Part shown: one piece after another, positions 35,555 to 47,900 of the stretch
How positions within the stretch are numbered: the stretch's first letter is position 1
How the letters are laid out: each line of letters starts with the position of its first letter
Assembly (NCBI GenBank): GCA_021613535.1
Contig: CP075496.1
Span: 434,001-498,000 of the forward strand
Direction of reading: 5' to 3'
From: Adineta vaga
Taxonomy: Eukaryota; Animalia; Rotifera
DNA: 64,000 nucleotides
Made by a program: the position numbers and the translations under genes
The notes under the pieces: model-generated
What the model was told of the DNA's origin: nothing
Seen by the model: only the letters and a program-made list of their open reading frames with translations
Databases searched by the model: none

Positions 35555-38500
35555 TTATTGAAAAGTAAATGTTGATATAAATGAATCTCTTTGATCCATA
35601 AATCTTGCTGAAACTTTTTCTAATCGATTAATAAAATTTAAATCATGATTTGAATCAATATTATGTGATAATTCATGACAAGTAACCATATAATAAAAAT
35701 TAATAATACGACGTACAATTGGATTTGTGGATGTTAAATTTCCATTTAAATATGGTTCAAGATCATTCCAATAAATTTGTTCAAAATAACGAAGATTAAA
35801 AAATAATGATCCATTACTATTAAATGCAATACGTGCTAAAAAAAAGAAAGAAAGAAAAGATACATGTAGAACTTGAAAATGTTATTAAATATAAAGAATA
35901 ATCATACCACTATCAATATCACGAAAAAGATGCATTGTTTCAATTGGAATATGAAAAATTTGTTTAGCAAATGATGATAAAAGAAAAGCAAAATATTGAC
36001 TTTGTTCAATCATTAATTGATTTAATTGAACATTTTCATCAATATATAATGGAATTCCATAAAATAAATGTGAATAACGAATCATATTTGATGATGGAAT
36101 AAATTCACATGAATTATTAACTTCATTTCTTGAATGTTCAACTTGATGAAATTCTTTTTCACTATAAGATCGACTTGAACCAAGAATTTGTTTAATATCA
36201 TTTTCATCATCAGTTTTATGTTGATTAAAATTATTTATACGAGGTGTTTCAATTTGACTTGAAAGATTTTCATTAGAATTTCTCAATGAAGATAATGGAA
36301 TTGGATTTAAATAACTAAAAGATTTTCAAATATTAAAACAAGTTTCTTTCGAACAATTTCTTCATTTACTCTTTTAGACTTTGTAAAAATCCTCGTGATT
36401 GATTTTGTAATTCTTGTTGAGATTGTTTTCTCACAGGTGATTGTTGTTGCACAGGTTTTTCTTCAATTTGTTGAGATTGTCTTCTCACAGACGATTGCTG
36501 TTCCATAGGTTTATCTTCAATTTGTTTTCTCACGGTTGATTGTTCTTGTTGTAAAGGTTTTTCTTCGAGTTTTTTATGTTCAATTGGTGATGATAACTGA
36601 AGAGCTAAATGAAAAAGAAAAATCTTTTTGATGAATTTTTGTATTTGTCTCTATCAGGATTACGGTGGTAAGCAACTTTATAAATCTATACGAGGTATAT
36701 GATAGACTCAAACATCAGCATTCGGATAATAGCTCAACGATATTAAGAACTATGAAGATGGTTTTTTACCATTTATATATGATTTCAATAATTTTGAGAA
36801 TAAAATGTGTTTTTTTATAACTCAGTCATTTCTTGAGTAGACTAAAAACTTACTTTGTTGTTGAATTTTTAATAAACGATCAACAGGAATTCCTCGTCTT
36901 TTAAGTGTTTCTAAAGGTGATGAAAGTTTATCACTAATTGAATGAATTAATGAATGAATTGCTTTTTTCGAAACAAATCTTGTTAATTCACTTGCAATAT
37001 CAATATAATCAAGTGTTGAAAGATTTTTCAAAATAAATAAATAAACTTGATTTTTATCAAATTCTAATGCACATGAACTACATTCACTTGACTTAAATAA
37101 AAGAAAAAAAGAGAAATGAAATTTCTTTTTAAAAAAAAAAAGATCAAATTCTTACATTTAATGTTATTGTTTTCTTTTCAAATGTTAAGTGACATTGAAT
37201 ACCTTCTGATTCATAAACTAATAATTTATTTCTTAATAATTCAATACGTTTTTCATCAAGATTTTCAATTCTTTCTCCCTAAAGAAAGAATTTATTTCAT
37301 TGAAAATTGTTCTTTTAGAAAACAAATGAAATATTTTACTCGATTATTAACAAATAACATATCTAAACGATATAAAATTAAATCTTTCAATTTTTGACTT
37401 CGATCTGTCAGAAATGTTTTTCCTAAAAGAAAAGAAAAGAAAAGAATTTCTTTAAAATAAAAAACAGAAATAAAAACCTTGATGAATTAAAGTTCTATGA
37501 ACAGATTCTGAAATCCATTTAGCTCCAAATTGTTCATATAATTTAGTTAATTCTGGTTCATCTGGTGCACATAGAGGATGAAGATCAATTGAACATTGAT
37601 GATCATCATCAAGATAAATTTCATTTGGTTTAACAATACGAAATATTCTTTCTTTATTTCCATGAGAATTTTCAATAATTTGATAACCTAAACACCATGA
37701 TGAATTTCTTAGACGACTTTTTAAAGGTTCTTCGTGAAATTCTCTTGCAACATTCGATACCACAGCTAATTGTTTTAAACAATTTGTATAAAATTGTAAT
37801 TTTAATGGTAAAATTTCATTTGAATTATTTAATGACAAAAATTTCACTTGTCGATCAATTAATAAATTAGCAAGATTTTCAGCTGATGGATAATACGTAA
37901 CACCAATTGATGTTAAAAATGAATTACTTTCTTCTCCATAATCAATATAATCAATTAAACCTTGAGTTGATATTTCATCGAATTTTTTATCTTGAGAAGA
38001 TTTTGGACGAATAAAAACTTGATTGATTTTCATATAATTATTTTCTAATGGAATAAATGATCGTTTTGATATTTCATTAATAAATTGTTTATTTAAACCA
38101 TCTAATTTATTTAAATAAGTAAAATAAATTGATGCTGTTGAATTATTTAATAATTCATTTCGTTTTTCCATTAAAATTTGAAAAGCAATTGAAATTGATG
38201 GACGATGTTTAACACCAAGTAATCCAATATCAAAATATTGTGAAAAATATCCAATGACTTCAGGAATTAATGATGAACATAATGGACTTGATTCTATTCA
38301 AAGAAAAAAGAATATTAATTCTAAAACTATCAATCAAGATTTTTATCAATATGAGAAAAACGCTCAAAGAACATAAACGTAGTGAAATGAGATAAAGTTC
38401 TTCTAATAAAAAACTGTATTATACAGAAATTTTAGGCTTAAGTCGATGTTGCTATCGAACTGCTAAACCAAATAGAGTTAGAAATATTAGGATTAAAAGA

Positions 38501-41500
38501 ATACCTTTAAAAACATGTTCAGGTATTGATAAAAAGACTTGAGTTGATTGTTGAATAAATGGAGATATTGATGGAAGAAATGGAATTTTAATATTAGAAT
38601 TTTTCCAAATTTTTGAATAAAAACTTTGAAAATTTTCCGCAAAAAATTTCAATGCTAATGGTATTTGATATTCATTAAGTATTTGTTTTGTTTCTGAATG
38701 TTCTTGATTAATTCTTGAAATTAATTTTGGTAATTCAATCATTTCTTTAACACCAAGTTCTTTTAAAAATAAATATTCTGAAGAATTCTTTTCAATATCA
38801 AACCAATCTAATATTATTAAAGATTTCCATTGAAGACGATTTGAAATTGATGGAAAATATAATTCATGTGGAAGATATTTTCCTTTTATTTCATTTGTTA
38901 TTCCAATTAAACAATGACTTGTTTTTAATGCTTTCAAATCATTTTCACTCAAAGTTTTTCTTTGTTTTAATAAATTTTCAATAAAACATTGATTTGTTTG
39001 TAAATTATCATCATTGGAAAGATTTGTTTGAATATAAATTGTTCGACAACCAATTAATTTAAGTAATTCTAATGATATTGGATAATTAAGAAATTCTTCT
39101 TTTGAATTTGAATTTGATATTTGTAAAATATGATATTGTATTATTGGTAAATTTGATGATAAATTATCTGATGGAATATAAGATTCAGAAGGTAATTTCA
39201 TTCCTTGACTTGTTAATATACATTTTATATTTGATAATTTTAATTTTATTTCATTGATTTCATTTGATTGAAATTTATTTAAATGTTTAGAAATTAAATA
39301 AAGAATTATCATTGAATAATTCGATTTTTCAAATAAATGTTTTTGTTTTTCATTAAGATAATATTCAATTAAATATTTTATTGGAATTTCAGATAAAAAT
39401 AAACGTTTTTGTAAATCTTCACGTGAGATATAAGAAATGATTGATGATGGTAAAATATTTCTTGGTAATGGAATAAATTCAAGATTTAATTGATCAAAAT
39501 ATTGAATATTTTCTAATAAAATTATTTCCGATGAATTGATTTGACGAAATTTTAATTTAGAAAATATTTCTTTAAGAAATCTTTTATCTTGATGATGATT
39601 TAATGTTAATAACCAATGAAATAATTCAATAAATTCATTAAATGAAAAAATTGTTTCAGAAATTATTTTACAAAGAATTTCATTTGTGATTTCATTTATC
39701 CATTGTCGTCGTTTTAATATTTGAAAAAAATCATGTTTACCTATTTCATATGGAATTATTGGTAATGGAAGAAATTTTTCCATTTCTTTATTTGTTATTA
39801 AATAGGCTTCATTCGATGGTATTAATGATAAATGTTTATCAATTGGAGATCGTTTAACTGGTACAAGAATATCAGAATCAGATGAAAAAAATCCATCAAC
39901 AATTATTCGACCTAAAAGAAATCGATTAGATATTTATGTTTACTTAGAAATCATATAGAAATACCAATCTCTTTGTTTGGTGATGATTGAATAAATGCAT
40001 AAGGTGAAAGAATAAAATGAATTTGATCAATTGTTTGAATTTCTAATTGATTAACAAAATCTTTTATTGTTTGATCATAAATAAAACGAATAATTTTTCC
40101 AATTGAAATTAATAATTGTTCATTCCAAATCGAAATAAATGGATCTTGTAAATCAATATTTTCTCTTTCAATTGTTGGAATTAAATGAGTAAATAAATGC
40201 ATTCCAATACCAGTTGATTGATTTGTTGCTAAACCAATAAAGATTTTTCCATCAGGTAAAATATCTTTTTCATGAAATCTTAATGGAATTAATGTCTTTA
40301 ACATTGAATTTTTGAAATTCTCTTCTTGAAATATCTTTAAAACAAAAAAGAAAAAATACAAGTGTATGACAGAGAGATGAATCATGTTCGAATGTCTGTA
40401 CATCAAAAATCTTTTCGATATATTTTTTTTCTAACTCAGCCATGTATTCTCATTTTTTGAGTACATTGAAAAAGAAAGATATTTACTTGATTTGATGGAA
40501 ATAAGAATTGAATATGAATTTGATTTGGTAAAGATTTTTTTAAAACATTTTCCATTTGTTTTTGAAATTGTTTATCTAAATGAATATTTGCAATAACATC
40601 AATATGATTTAATGTTATTGATGATTGATTTAATATTGTAAATGTTTGTTCTGTTTGTTTTAATGAATCAAAATGAATAAATTGAAAATCATCAGAAGCA
40701 TTTAATCTTTGAATATTTGCTGATAATTTATTTTTTGTAATTAATTCAATTGTTTTATTTATTTCAAATATAATTTCATTATTTATTTTAATAATTAATT
40801 TATTTAAATATTTTGTAAATGAAAGAACTTTAATAAAATAAGATTTTAAATCATTTAAATTCAGTAGTGGAATAATTTCATTTGTTAAACGATTTGTTTT
40901 TGATTTTAATTTTTTTTTATTTAATTTTGTTTGTAAAACAAATTTTGTTTTCATTGGAAGAATAATTGATGTCGTAGATGTTTGTTTATCTTGAGATAAT
41001 TCTTTTCGAAATGTTGTTAATGATTTACCATTTTGCCATGAAAAAGCTAAACAAGATTTTCCTGATTGAATTATTGGTTTTTCTGAATAAGAAAAAACTG
41101 AAAAGAAACCAACACCAAATTGTCCAATTGCATCAACATTTGTATTTCCTTCAGCTATTGTTATAACTCTTTTCCAATCATCTTCATTAAATATTTTTCC
41201 ATTATTTATTGTTCGAATTTCATGAATAAAACAATTATTAAATTGATTTTCAATTTGATTTTCATTTTCTGAATTCGATATTAAATGGTTTTTAAATAAT
41301 TTTCCAATATTTCCAAATAAATTTGAATTATTAGTATTGTCTTCATCAATTAAGTCCGAAGTTTTATTTAAATCACAAAATATTTCTAAAATAAATAATG
41401 TTGATTCAGCATCATCGGAATTTTGTATTAATTCTCTTAAAACAACAAAATCTGATGAATAACGTGATAACATTTTATCAATTAACATTCGTTGATTAAC

Positions 41501-41557
41501 TTCAACACGATCTTCAACTCCTTCATTGATTATTTCTGACCAAAATTCATTCGACAT
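35555..41557 (-). CDS. Large multi-exon GHKL/HATPase_c (sacsin-like) + DUF3684-type protein with C-terminal HEXXH metallopeptidase motif
   Basis: N-terminus VEVNQRMLIDKMLSRYS...LRELIQNSDDA...NNGKIF...IGQFGVGFFSVF (Bergerat fold); PTIERENIDL; last exon 35835-35555 reads IAFNSNGSLFFNLRYF...VTCHELSHNIDSNHD. ORFs 40436-41557, 39951-40406, 38452-39783, 37452-38171, 36822-37031 and 35885-36286 are its exons. Confidence 0.85.
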
Positions 41558-42581
41558 TCTTGAAATTGAAATTTAAAGAAAATGATAAAGATATTTCACA
41601 AAATATCAATCTTAATAGAAATTCGACCAATGCTATTTCAATGAAAGAGGTCACTAAATATCGATGTTTAGAAAATTTTATTTCTTTTCATACACTTTTT
41701 ATTGATATTGAAGAAAATAGAACAAAGAAATTTTTTGGTAGAAACAATTAACGTCCCATGAGATGGGATGGGATTATTCCATCCGATGCGGAGCTCTTGA
41801 TTCTTTCATTATTATTTCGTTGTTTGAAAGTCTCAAAAAATGAGTAGCTGCCTCATTCGAGTTCGAATATAAATAGAGATTTCAAAAAGATATCTGAGCA
41901 TAAAAATGACGCTGGAGAAAGACATAGTTTTACTTATTCATACCTACACTTCATATTTAAACATAGACGCACCTGTATATTGTGAGTTATGACTAAGTAA
42001 GACTAAAACAAATCTATTCCGAACAATTCCTATTTCTACAGGAAAGCATTTAAATGAACTAAAAATATATCAAATCAAAATCACAACTAGTTCTACTATA
42101 AACAAAAGCTTTAGTTTTCGTTCTGTTCATTTATTTTCGAAGTTTCAACAATAGCACCTGAATCTTCATTTATATTATAACTCGAATTAGGCAGCTCATA
42201 TGGTTTTATCTGATTTTGTTCCACGTGAAATAATTGTTGTAATGAACTTGAGAAGAGAAGTGCCTGATGTTTACCAGCATCTTGTGCACGTATTTTCGAC
42301 AATATGTTCGATATCAAACTGAAAGATTTTATATTATCGATAAGTTAGTATTTATTTTCATATTCTTTCCTTGATCTCATTGACACCTATTTATTTATTA
42401 TACAGTTTATGTGTTAATAACCAAATTGTATCAATGATCAACTTTTATTCAATTATTGATGTTGGAATAAGTTTATCGACATTTATTTATAGTATCATTA
42501 AAAAGTGATCAAGTATGCACTTTCAGTGTTTCAATAGTAACATTTTTTTATCGTTTTATTTTTATGTTGTGAACCTTTTTC

Positions 42582-43080
42582 ATGGATTGTCTGATATGGA
42601 TGAAGAGAAAACTCGTTGATTTCGACGTTAGACTTAGCAATCTTGAAGAAGAACAGAAACACAATTCGTCTACATCATCACAAAAGAACGCATCTGATCA
42701 TCATTGGAAAGAAACAAAGAATTCGAGCACTCTCTTGAAAACGACAATTCCAAAAGAAGAACAACATTCAACCTGTTTTCGATGTCCTTGACAGAAGAAA
42801 GTTTGTTCATTATATTTCGATGACTTGTACGATTTCGATAAAAAAAGAAATCAACACGAGTATTGGTGCTAATTCAGATCGTTTCACATGTAAATGTGGA
42901 CATTTAATTCGTTTTCATCAACATCATCCAAGTAATTCTTTTCATATGAATTTATCATCAAACAGATCTGTTCATTTAATTTAGATTCACCAAATGAACC
43001 ACTTCCTTCTTTTGCAAATCCACCACGGGTTCAACTCTTATATGAAGAATTTATTCCACCAATTATTCAAGATTGAATCT
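42582..43080 (+). pseudogene. Disrupted gene with Cys/His (zinc-finger-like) cluster
   Basis: CFRCP*QKKVC and, after a frameshift, TCKCGHLIRFH; several stops and frameshifts. Confidence 0.4.
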
Positions 43081-43423
43081 TGTAAGTTGTTATGTTTATC
43101 ATTACGAATTTTTCGATATATCAATCTTTTAATCAGATTTTCTTGAAAATATTTCTTTCATTCCAATATAAGAGAAATATTACTATGAAGAGCAAAAACG
43201 TTCGAACTTTGTTTTACATTGAGATTGTTTTATTTAAACTATCTTATCGAACAAACAAATCCAAAAAAGTGATTTAATTAAAGAATAAAAATATGATGAT
43301 GGTATTTATTACATCATTCCTAATATCAATACGAATTTGAAACAAAAAAATGATTGCCTTTTTCTTATTGATGATAATTAACACTAAACAGAGTTCATTT
43401 ATTTATTCTCAAAAGAAAATTTT

Positions 43424-44758
43424 TCAATTAAAAAACGTAAAATGATTAATCTGATTATTATTTTGACAAATTTGTGAAAAATTTTGATAAATAAAAAAGC
43501 GTTGTTGAATTAAATGAATAAATTGAGGTAAAGGACAAGATTGTCCCGGTCCATGTGAACATCCTGGAATTGGTTTAGGTGTTGAATTAATTAAAATTCG
43601 AATAAATGTTCCATTTGAACATTGAAGTCTTTCAAATGCAATTCGAGCTAAAAAAGGAATAATTTGACTTGTTTTCCAAAATCTTTCATGATTTATTTGA
43701 GTTAACGATAAATTTGTTTGATTAAATAAACCTAATGCATTTAATATAATAGGAAACATTTCTCTATGAGTAATTGATAAATAAATATTTTGTTTTGTTT
43801 TTCTTTGATTCGAAAACAGATCTGTTATTGCTTTAATCCAAGGCATTCCTAAATATGTTGATAAATAATTTCCATAGGAAATTTCATAAAAATATTTTAT
43901 ATCATAATAATATTCAAATGAAATCCATTCTTCTGAATTAAATAAACGACAAAATGGTGATGAACCTTTGATAATTGTTTCATAACCACAAATTTGTTGC
44001 ATTGCTAAAATATCTTTCGGAAGAAATTTATAATTTATTGAATTTAAATTAAATTTTTCTAAAATTGATTTCGTATAAATATTTAACCAATAATTTGCTT
44101 CATTTGAACCTTTTGATGCATTATATTTACGACAAGATTTTGTTGGTGTTAATGTATTTCCACCACGAGATTTATCTTCAGATATTGATATGACTTTTCC
44201 ATTCACTTTTTTTCCAGTTAAGAAACCTTTAAGAATATATAAAGCAGTTTGATAAGTTCGTGATGAAGATGATGTCCAAATTAAAAATGATTTCGATGAA
44301 TTTTTAGGTAAAAGATGTTCATAACGATATGATAATTGAACACCTAATTCATAGGATTCATATAAACCATATTTTGTTAATTTTTCAATTTGTTTTTTTG
44401 AATTTGTTATTGGAGATTTCCATTGATTTAAAAATGAAAATAATTTTGAATTTTGAAAATCTTTTTTAGATATTCTTTTTAAAAATGGTTCAATTATTTG
44501 TAAATAATCATAATCATCAACATAAACTGAACCATGACGAATTAAATATGATACTTTATCAACATAACATTGATCTGGAATGGATGGATTTAATTTATCA
44601 TCAGAATTTAATTCAAAATATGGACTTATTCCTGATAAATGATGAAGAATTTGAAATTTATAATTTGGATATGTTCGATCAGATAAAATAATTTCATCTT
44701 TATATAATTGAATACATTCACTTGGAATTAAAATAGATATTATATAGATTAATAACAT
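43424..44758 (-). CDS. Secreted histidine acid phosphatase / 3-phytase-like protein, fungal type, intronless
   Basis: Signal peptide; HHLSGISPY; C.VDKVSYLIRHGSVY; CGYET...SPFC.LF..EEW; SITHRE at the HD position; ERLQC...RILIN...C..GPG.SCPL. Confidence 0.88.
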   Translation of the reverse strand: MLLIYIISILIPSECIQLYKDEIILSDRTYPNYKFQILHHLSGISPYFELNSDDKLNPSIPDQCYVDKVSYLIRHGSVYVDDYDYLQIIEPFLKRISKKDFQNSKLFSFLNQWKSPITNSKKQIEKLTKYGLYESYELGVQLSYRYEHLLPKNSSKSFLIWTSSSSRTYQTALYILKGFLTGKKVNGKVISISEDKSRGGNTLTPTKSCRKYNASKGSNEANYWLNIYTKSILEKFNLNSINYKFLPKDILAMQQICGYETIIKGSSPFCRLFNSEEWISFEYYYDIKYFYEISYGNYLSTYLGMPWIKAITDLFSNQRKTKQNIYLSITHREMFPIILNALGLFNQTNLSLTQINHERFWKTSQIIPFLARIAFERLQCSNGTFIRILINSTPKPIPGCSHGPGQSCPLPQFIHLIQQRFFIYQNFSQICQNNNQINHFTFFN

Positions 44759-45083
44759 TTCTTTTTGTGATCATTTGAAATTATTTCTTTTCTTTTTTCT
44801 CTTTTTTATAAATCAAATGAACTTTATTTAAGATTTTCAATTTACTCTTTTTGTAATATTTTCATTCTAAATGTCACAATAGAAAATCAAATTTTTCTTC
44901 TATTACAAATATCAAAGAATATTTACAAAAGCAATCAATAGATTATCGCTCTTTGTCATTGATTTCAAGTCGAATAAAGAGCGTCATCTATAAAAAGAAT
45001 GAAATAATTGGTTAACAGATCTGTTTTTGTAACTATAGTATATATATATATATTGTACTGTATGTAATTTCAGAAAGAGAAAA

Positions 45084-45542
45084 ATGCCTGAATTAAAATT
45101 AAAAGTATATGTCAAAGCACGTTTTGATGTTATTTGGGAAAAACTTTTGGATAAAATTTATCATCCTGAAAAATATGTCGATGGAATAAAAAATGTTGAA
45201 ATTTTAGAAGATGAAAAAGATCATGTTTTAAGAATGATTCATTTTAATGATTCTACATGGCAAGAATTAAAAGAATTAATTGTTTATGATAAAACAACGG
45301 GAATTATTGTTTATCGTTTAATGGATCATCCATATTTTGAAGGTGAAACAATCAATATTTGTCGAACAACAAATGAAATTTATCATTCAGAATTAGAATA
45401 TGAAATTAATTGGAAATTAAAAGATACAAATCAATTGGAATCAGAACAACAAAAAGATATTTCAGCAAAAGCATTACAATTAGCAATACAACAAATGAAA
45501 GTTGTTTCAGAAGAAGCAGAAGCTGTTTATAAACAAACTTGA
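45084..45542 (+). CDS. AtaL/DUF1857-like SRPBCC (Bet v1-fold) protein, intronless
   Basis: IWEKLLDKIYHPEKYVDGIKNVEILE...VLRMI...ELIVYD...LEYEINW pattern; TATA-like run at about 45040; AATAAA at about 45646. Confidence 0.75.
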   Translation: MPELKLKVYVKARFDVIWEKLLDKIYHPEKYVDGIKNVEILEDEKDHVLRMIHFNDSTWQELKELIVYDKTTGIIVYRLMDHPYFEGETINICRTTNEIYHSELEYEINWKLKDTNQLESEQQKDISAKALQLAIQQMKVVSEEAEAVYKQT

Positions 45543-46299
45543 TATCTAACACTCAAATTACAATAGTCATTTATTAGAAGTATTTCTACCTCAAATTAAA
45601 ATTACTCAAACTTGTTTTTTTTTAACCAAATAGTTTATTTTCAATAATAAATAAATCTTTATTCTTGATTGAAGTGAATTTGATAAACAACATTTTTATC
45701 GGAACAACAGTGAGATTAAGGAGAAAAAAAAAGTTTAACCATCTTCATTGTAATTAGCAATATCACTTGGAATCAAAATACAAGACTGCTTTCATTATTA
45801 TTTATCGAATCCTTTCTTCTATACCATTTATCTTAATTCTCATGTTCTGTGTACATAAGATGTATGCTATTCATATACATTATCTTGTCACTTTTAGATT
45901 ATTGTGTAACTTAATATTTTTTCTTTTGTCTACTCTTCTGAATTATACTTAAATTCCTTGTCCGCATTGGTATGATCAGAATAAGACGATGGTTAAAACT
46001 TTATTAGTTGATAGTAGAAATATTTGTTTATCTGTACGATATTATCGAAGATAATTTTATTTAAACAAAAAACTACGTTGTTAACAGACGGAACAATATA
46101 CAACAAAATAAATCACGAACTGAGCATCATTTTGTCTTTTAATTGATGTGCTTGAGCTAAAGCAGAGTTTTGTGTCATTTATTAAGAATTGTCTGATTTA
46201 CACATACCATAGGCGAGATATTTTTCATGAATATCAGTCATCATAGTTAGAACGTTGTTGCTATTTATGTTTAATGCTTGTAAATCCAACTTTCGTCGT

Positions 46300-47065
46300 G
46301 CGAACTTCAACATATTATATAATTCATAGAGTTGATGCTGTATCTCTCCCATCATTGTGATAATACTGGCTGAAAATTAGATACAATAAAATTATATTCG
46401 AATTGATATGACAACAAGCTTATTACTTGGATCAATTTGACAATATTGTTGTAAAAAATACCGAATTTTTCTATTTACTTTGTGTTTTGTTGCCTGCTTT
46501 TCCCTCTTTTTGTTAACTACTTTCAATCTTGTACCGCCCCATGATGAAATCGAACTCTTATATCTAAGAGATGATGAACTATCACTTTCACTCGATGAAT
46601 CCGTGATAGATAAATCAGACATCTTCAACTGGTTGATGCTTTTATCACCAAATGAACGATCATCTAAAATGAGAAAATAGGAGAAATCTTATATTTCTTA
46701 TAATTACATACTGATGTTGAATTCCTTCAATTCTTTTTCATTATGTTCAACAGGTTGTCTAAAGTCATTATAAAGATAAATAAAATACATATGGATAAAA
46801 ATACTTACATTTTATTGATCGATGAATTGTGTGGTAGAACAGTTTCGACATAAATAACAGAATTCGGAGGTAAACGTGCAAGTAATGTATGAGAAATGAT
46901 AGAACTATATGCTGTATCAAGAAAATGAAGCTTTTCATCCAAAGGTAGATTGAATTTTTCTCGAATGATAGTTTCTGTGCTATCCCATGGAACTTCTTGA
47001 TCAAATTTATATTTCATTTTCACATCACCACGTACAAAATATAGACATTTCAAAGTTGACGGCAT
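46300..47065 (-). CDS. Multi-exon hypothetical protein (ubiquitin/PB1-like N-terminal exon, Ser-rich and basic downstream exon)
   Basis: ORFs 46805-47065 and 46392-46628 separated by short intron-like segments; 3' end not resolved, may be degraded. Confidence 0.4.
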
Positions 47066-47565
47066 GATTGTATGTATAATAGCGATAGTAAGTGTTGATG
47101 CTCAATCCTCTGTACTATAATATGACTTTGTTTCTTTATTTGTTTTAATTCAATTCGATTCATTGGAAAAGATTAATCATTGATGAACGATATACTTAAC
47201 TAATAATTTTCAAGAAAACAACGTTACTTGAAAGATCAATTATTTTCTATCGACTATGAAATAGTCTTTTAATTATTCATAAATTTTTATAGATATCGTT
47301 GCTTGTCAAAATATACTATGCAGAAGTTCAAGTCTAAAAAAACAGGTTGTATAATCAAAGCAAACTTAAATACTCAATATATACCATAATAAGGTGAATC
47401 AAATGGTCCAACTATTTATTGATAATGAATTAAAATTAGATTTAAAATATTTTGATTATATGGAATATGTATATGGATTAGAAGAACATCGTGATGACTT
47501 TTCTCGAAAAATTCTTATCCGTGATCATTAATTAGATGTTTTTTGAATTCAACAAGATTAATTAT

Positions 47566-47900
47566 CGAAATAATTGATTTTTCAGTGAAGAGAGACGAAA
47601 TTGTGATTTTCTTCATTTTTCGACGTTCGTTCGTCATCTACGATGACATCGTCAGGACACCACGAACTACACCATCATATTTATTGAGAGCATTTTATTT
47701 TAATTTTTGTGTTTAAATCTTGTTCATAGTGAAGTCAAAATGCTCTCAATAAATATGATGGTGTAGTTCGTGGTGTCCTGACGATGTCATCGTAGATGAC
47801 GAACGAACGTCGAAAAATGAAGAAAATCACAATTTCGTCTCTCTTCACTGAAAAATCAATTATTTCGTTAAATTTGCATTTATTAAAACCTTTTCTGTTT
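47566..47900 (+). mobile_element. Penelope-like inverted pseudo-LTR insertion (131-bp perfect inverted repeat + 33-nt tail, 12-bp TSD)
   Basis: 47566-47696 is the exact reverse complement of 47737-47867 (40-nt spacer); unpaired tail 47868-47900; AAGATTAATTAT repeated directly at 47554-47565 and 47901-47912. Confidence 0.75.
47772..47813 (+). ncRNA. Degenerate minimal hammerhead-ribozyme-like motif (mirror copy on - strand at about 47620-47661)
   Basis: CTGACGA (47778-47784), T, stem II GTCATC-GTA-GATGAC, then GAAC GAAC GTC. Core GAAA appears as GAAC and stem I is weak. Confidence 0.5.

Noticed and set aside
41752-41797. CGTCCCATGAGATGGGATGGGA segment resembling a MITE remnant
   Set aside because: Single short degraded copy in the window; no termini or TSD definable.
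47566-47867. Hairpin as a conventional MITE or pre-miRNA
   Set aside because: The direct repeat is offset by a 33-nt tail on one side, and perfect 131-bp arms are too long and too perfect for a pre-miRNA.
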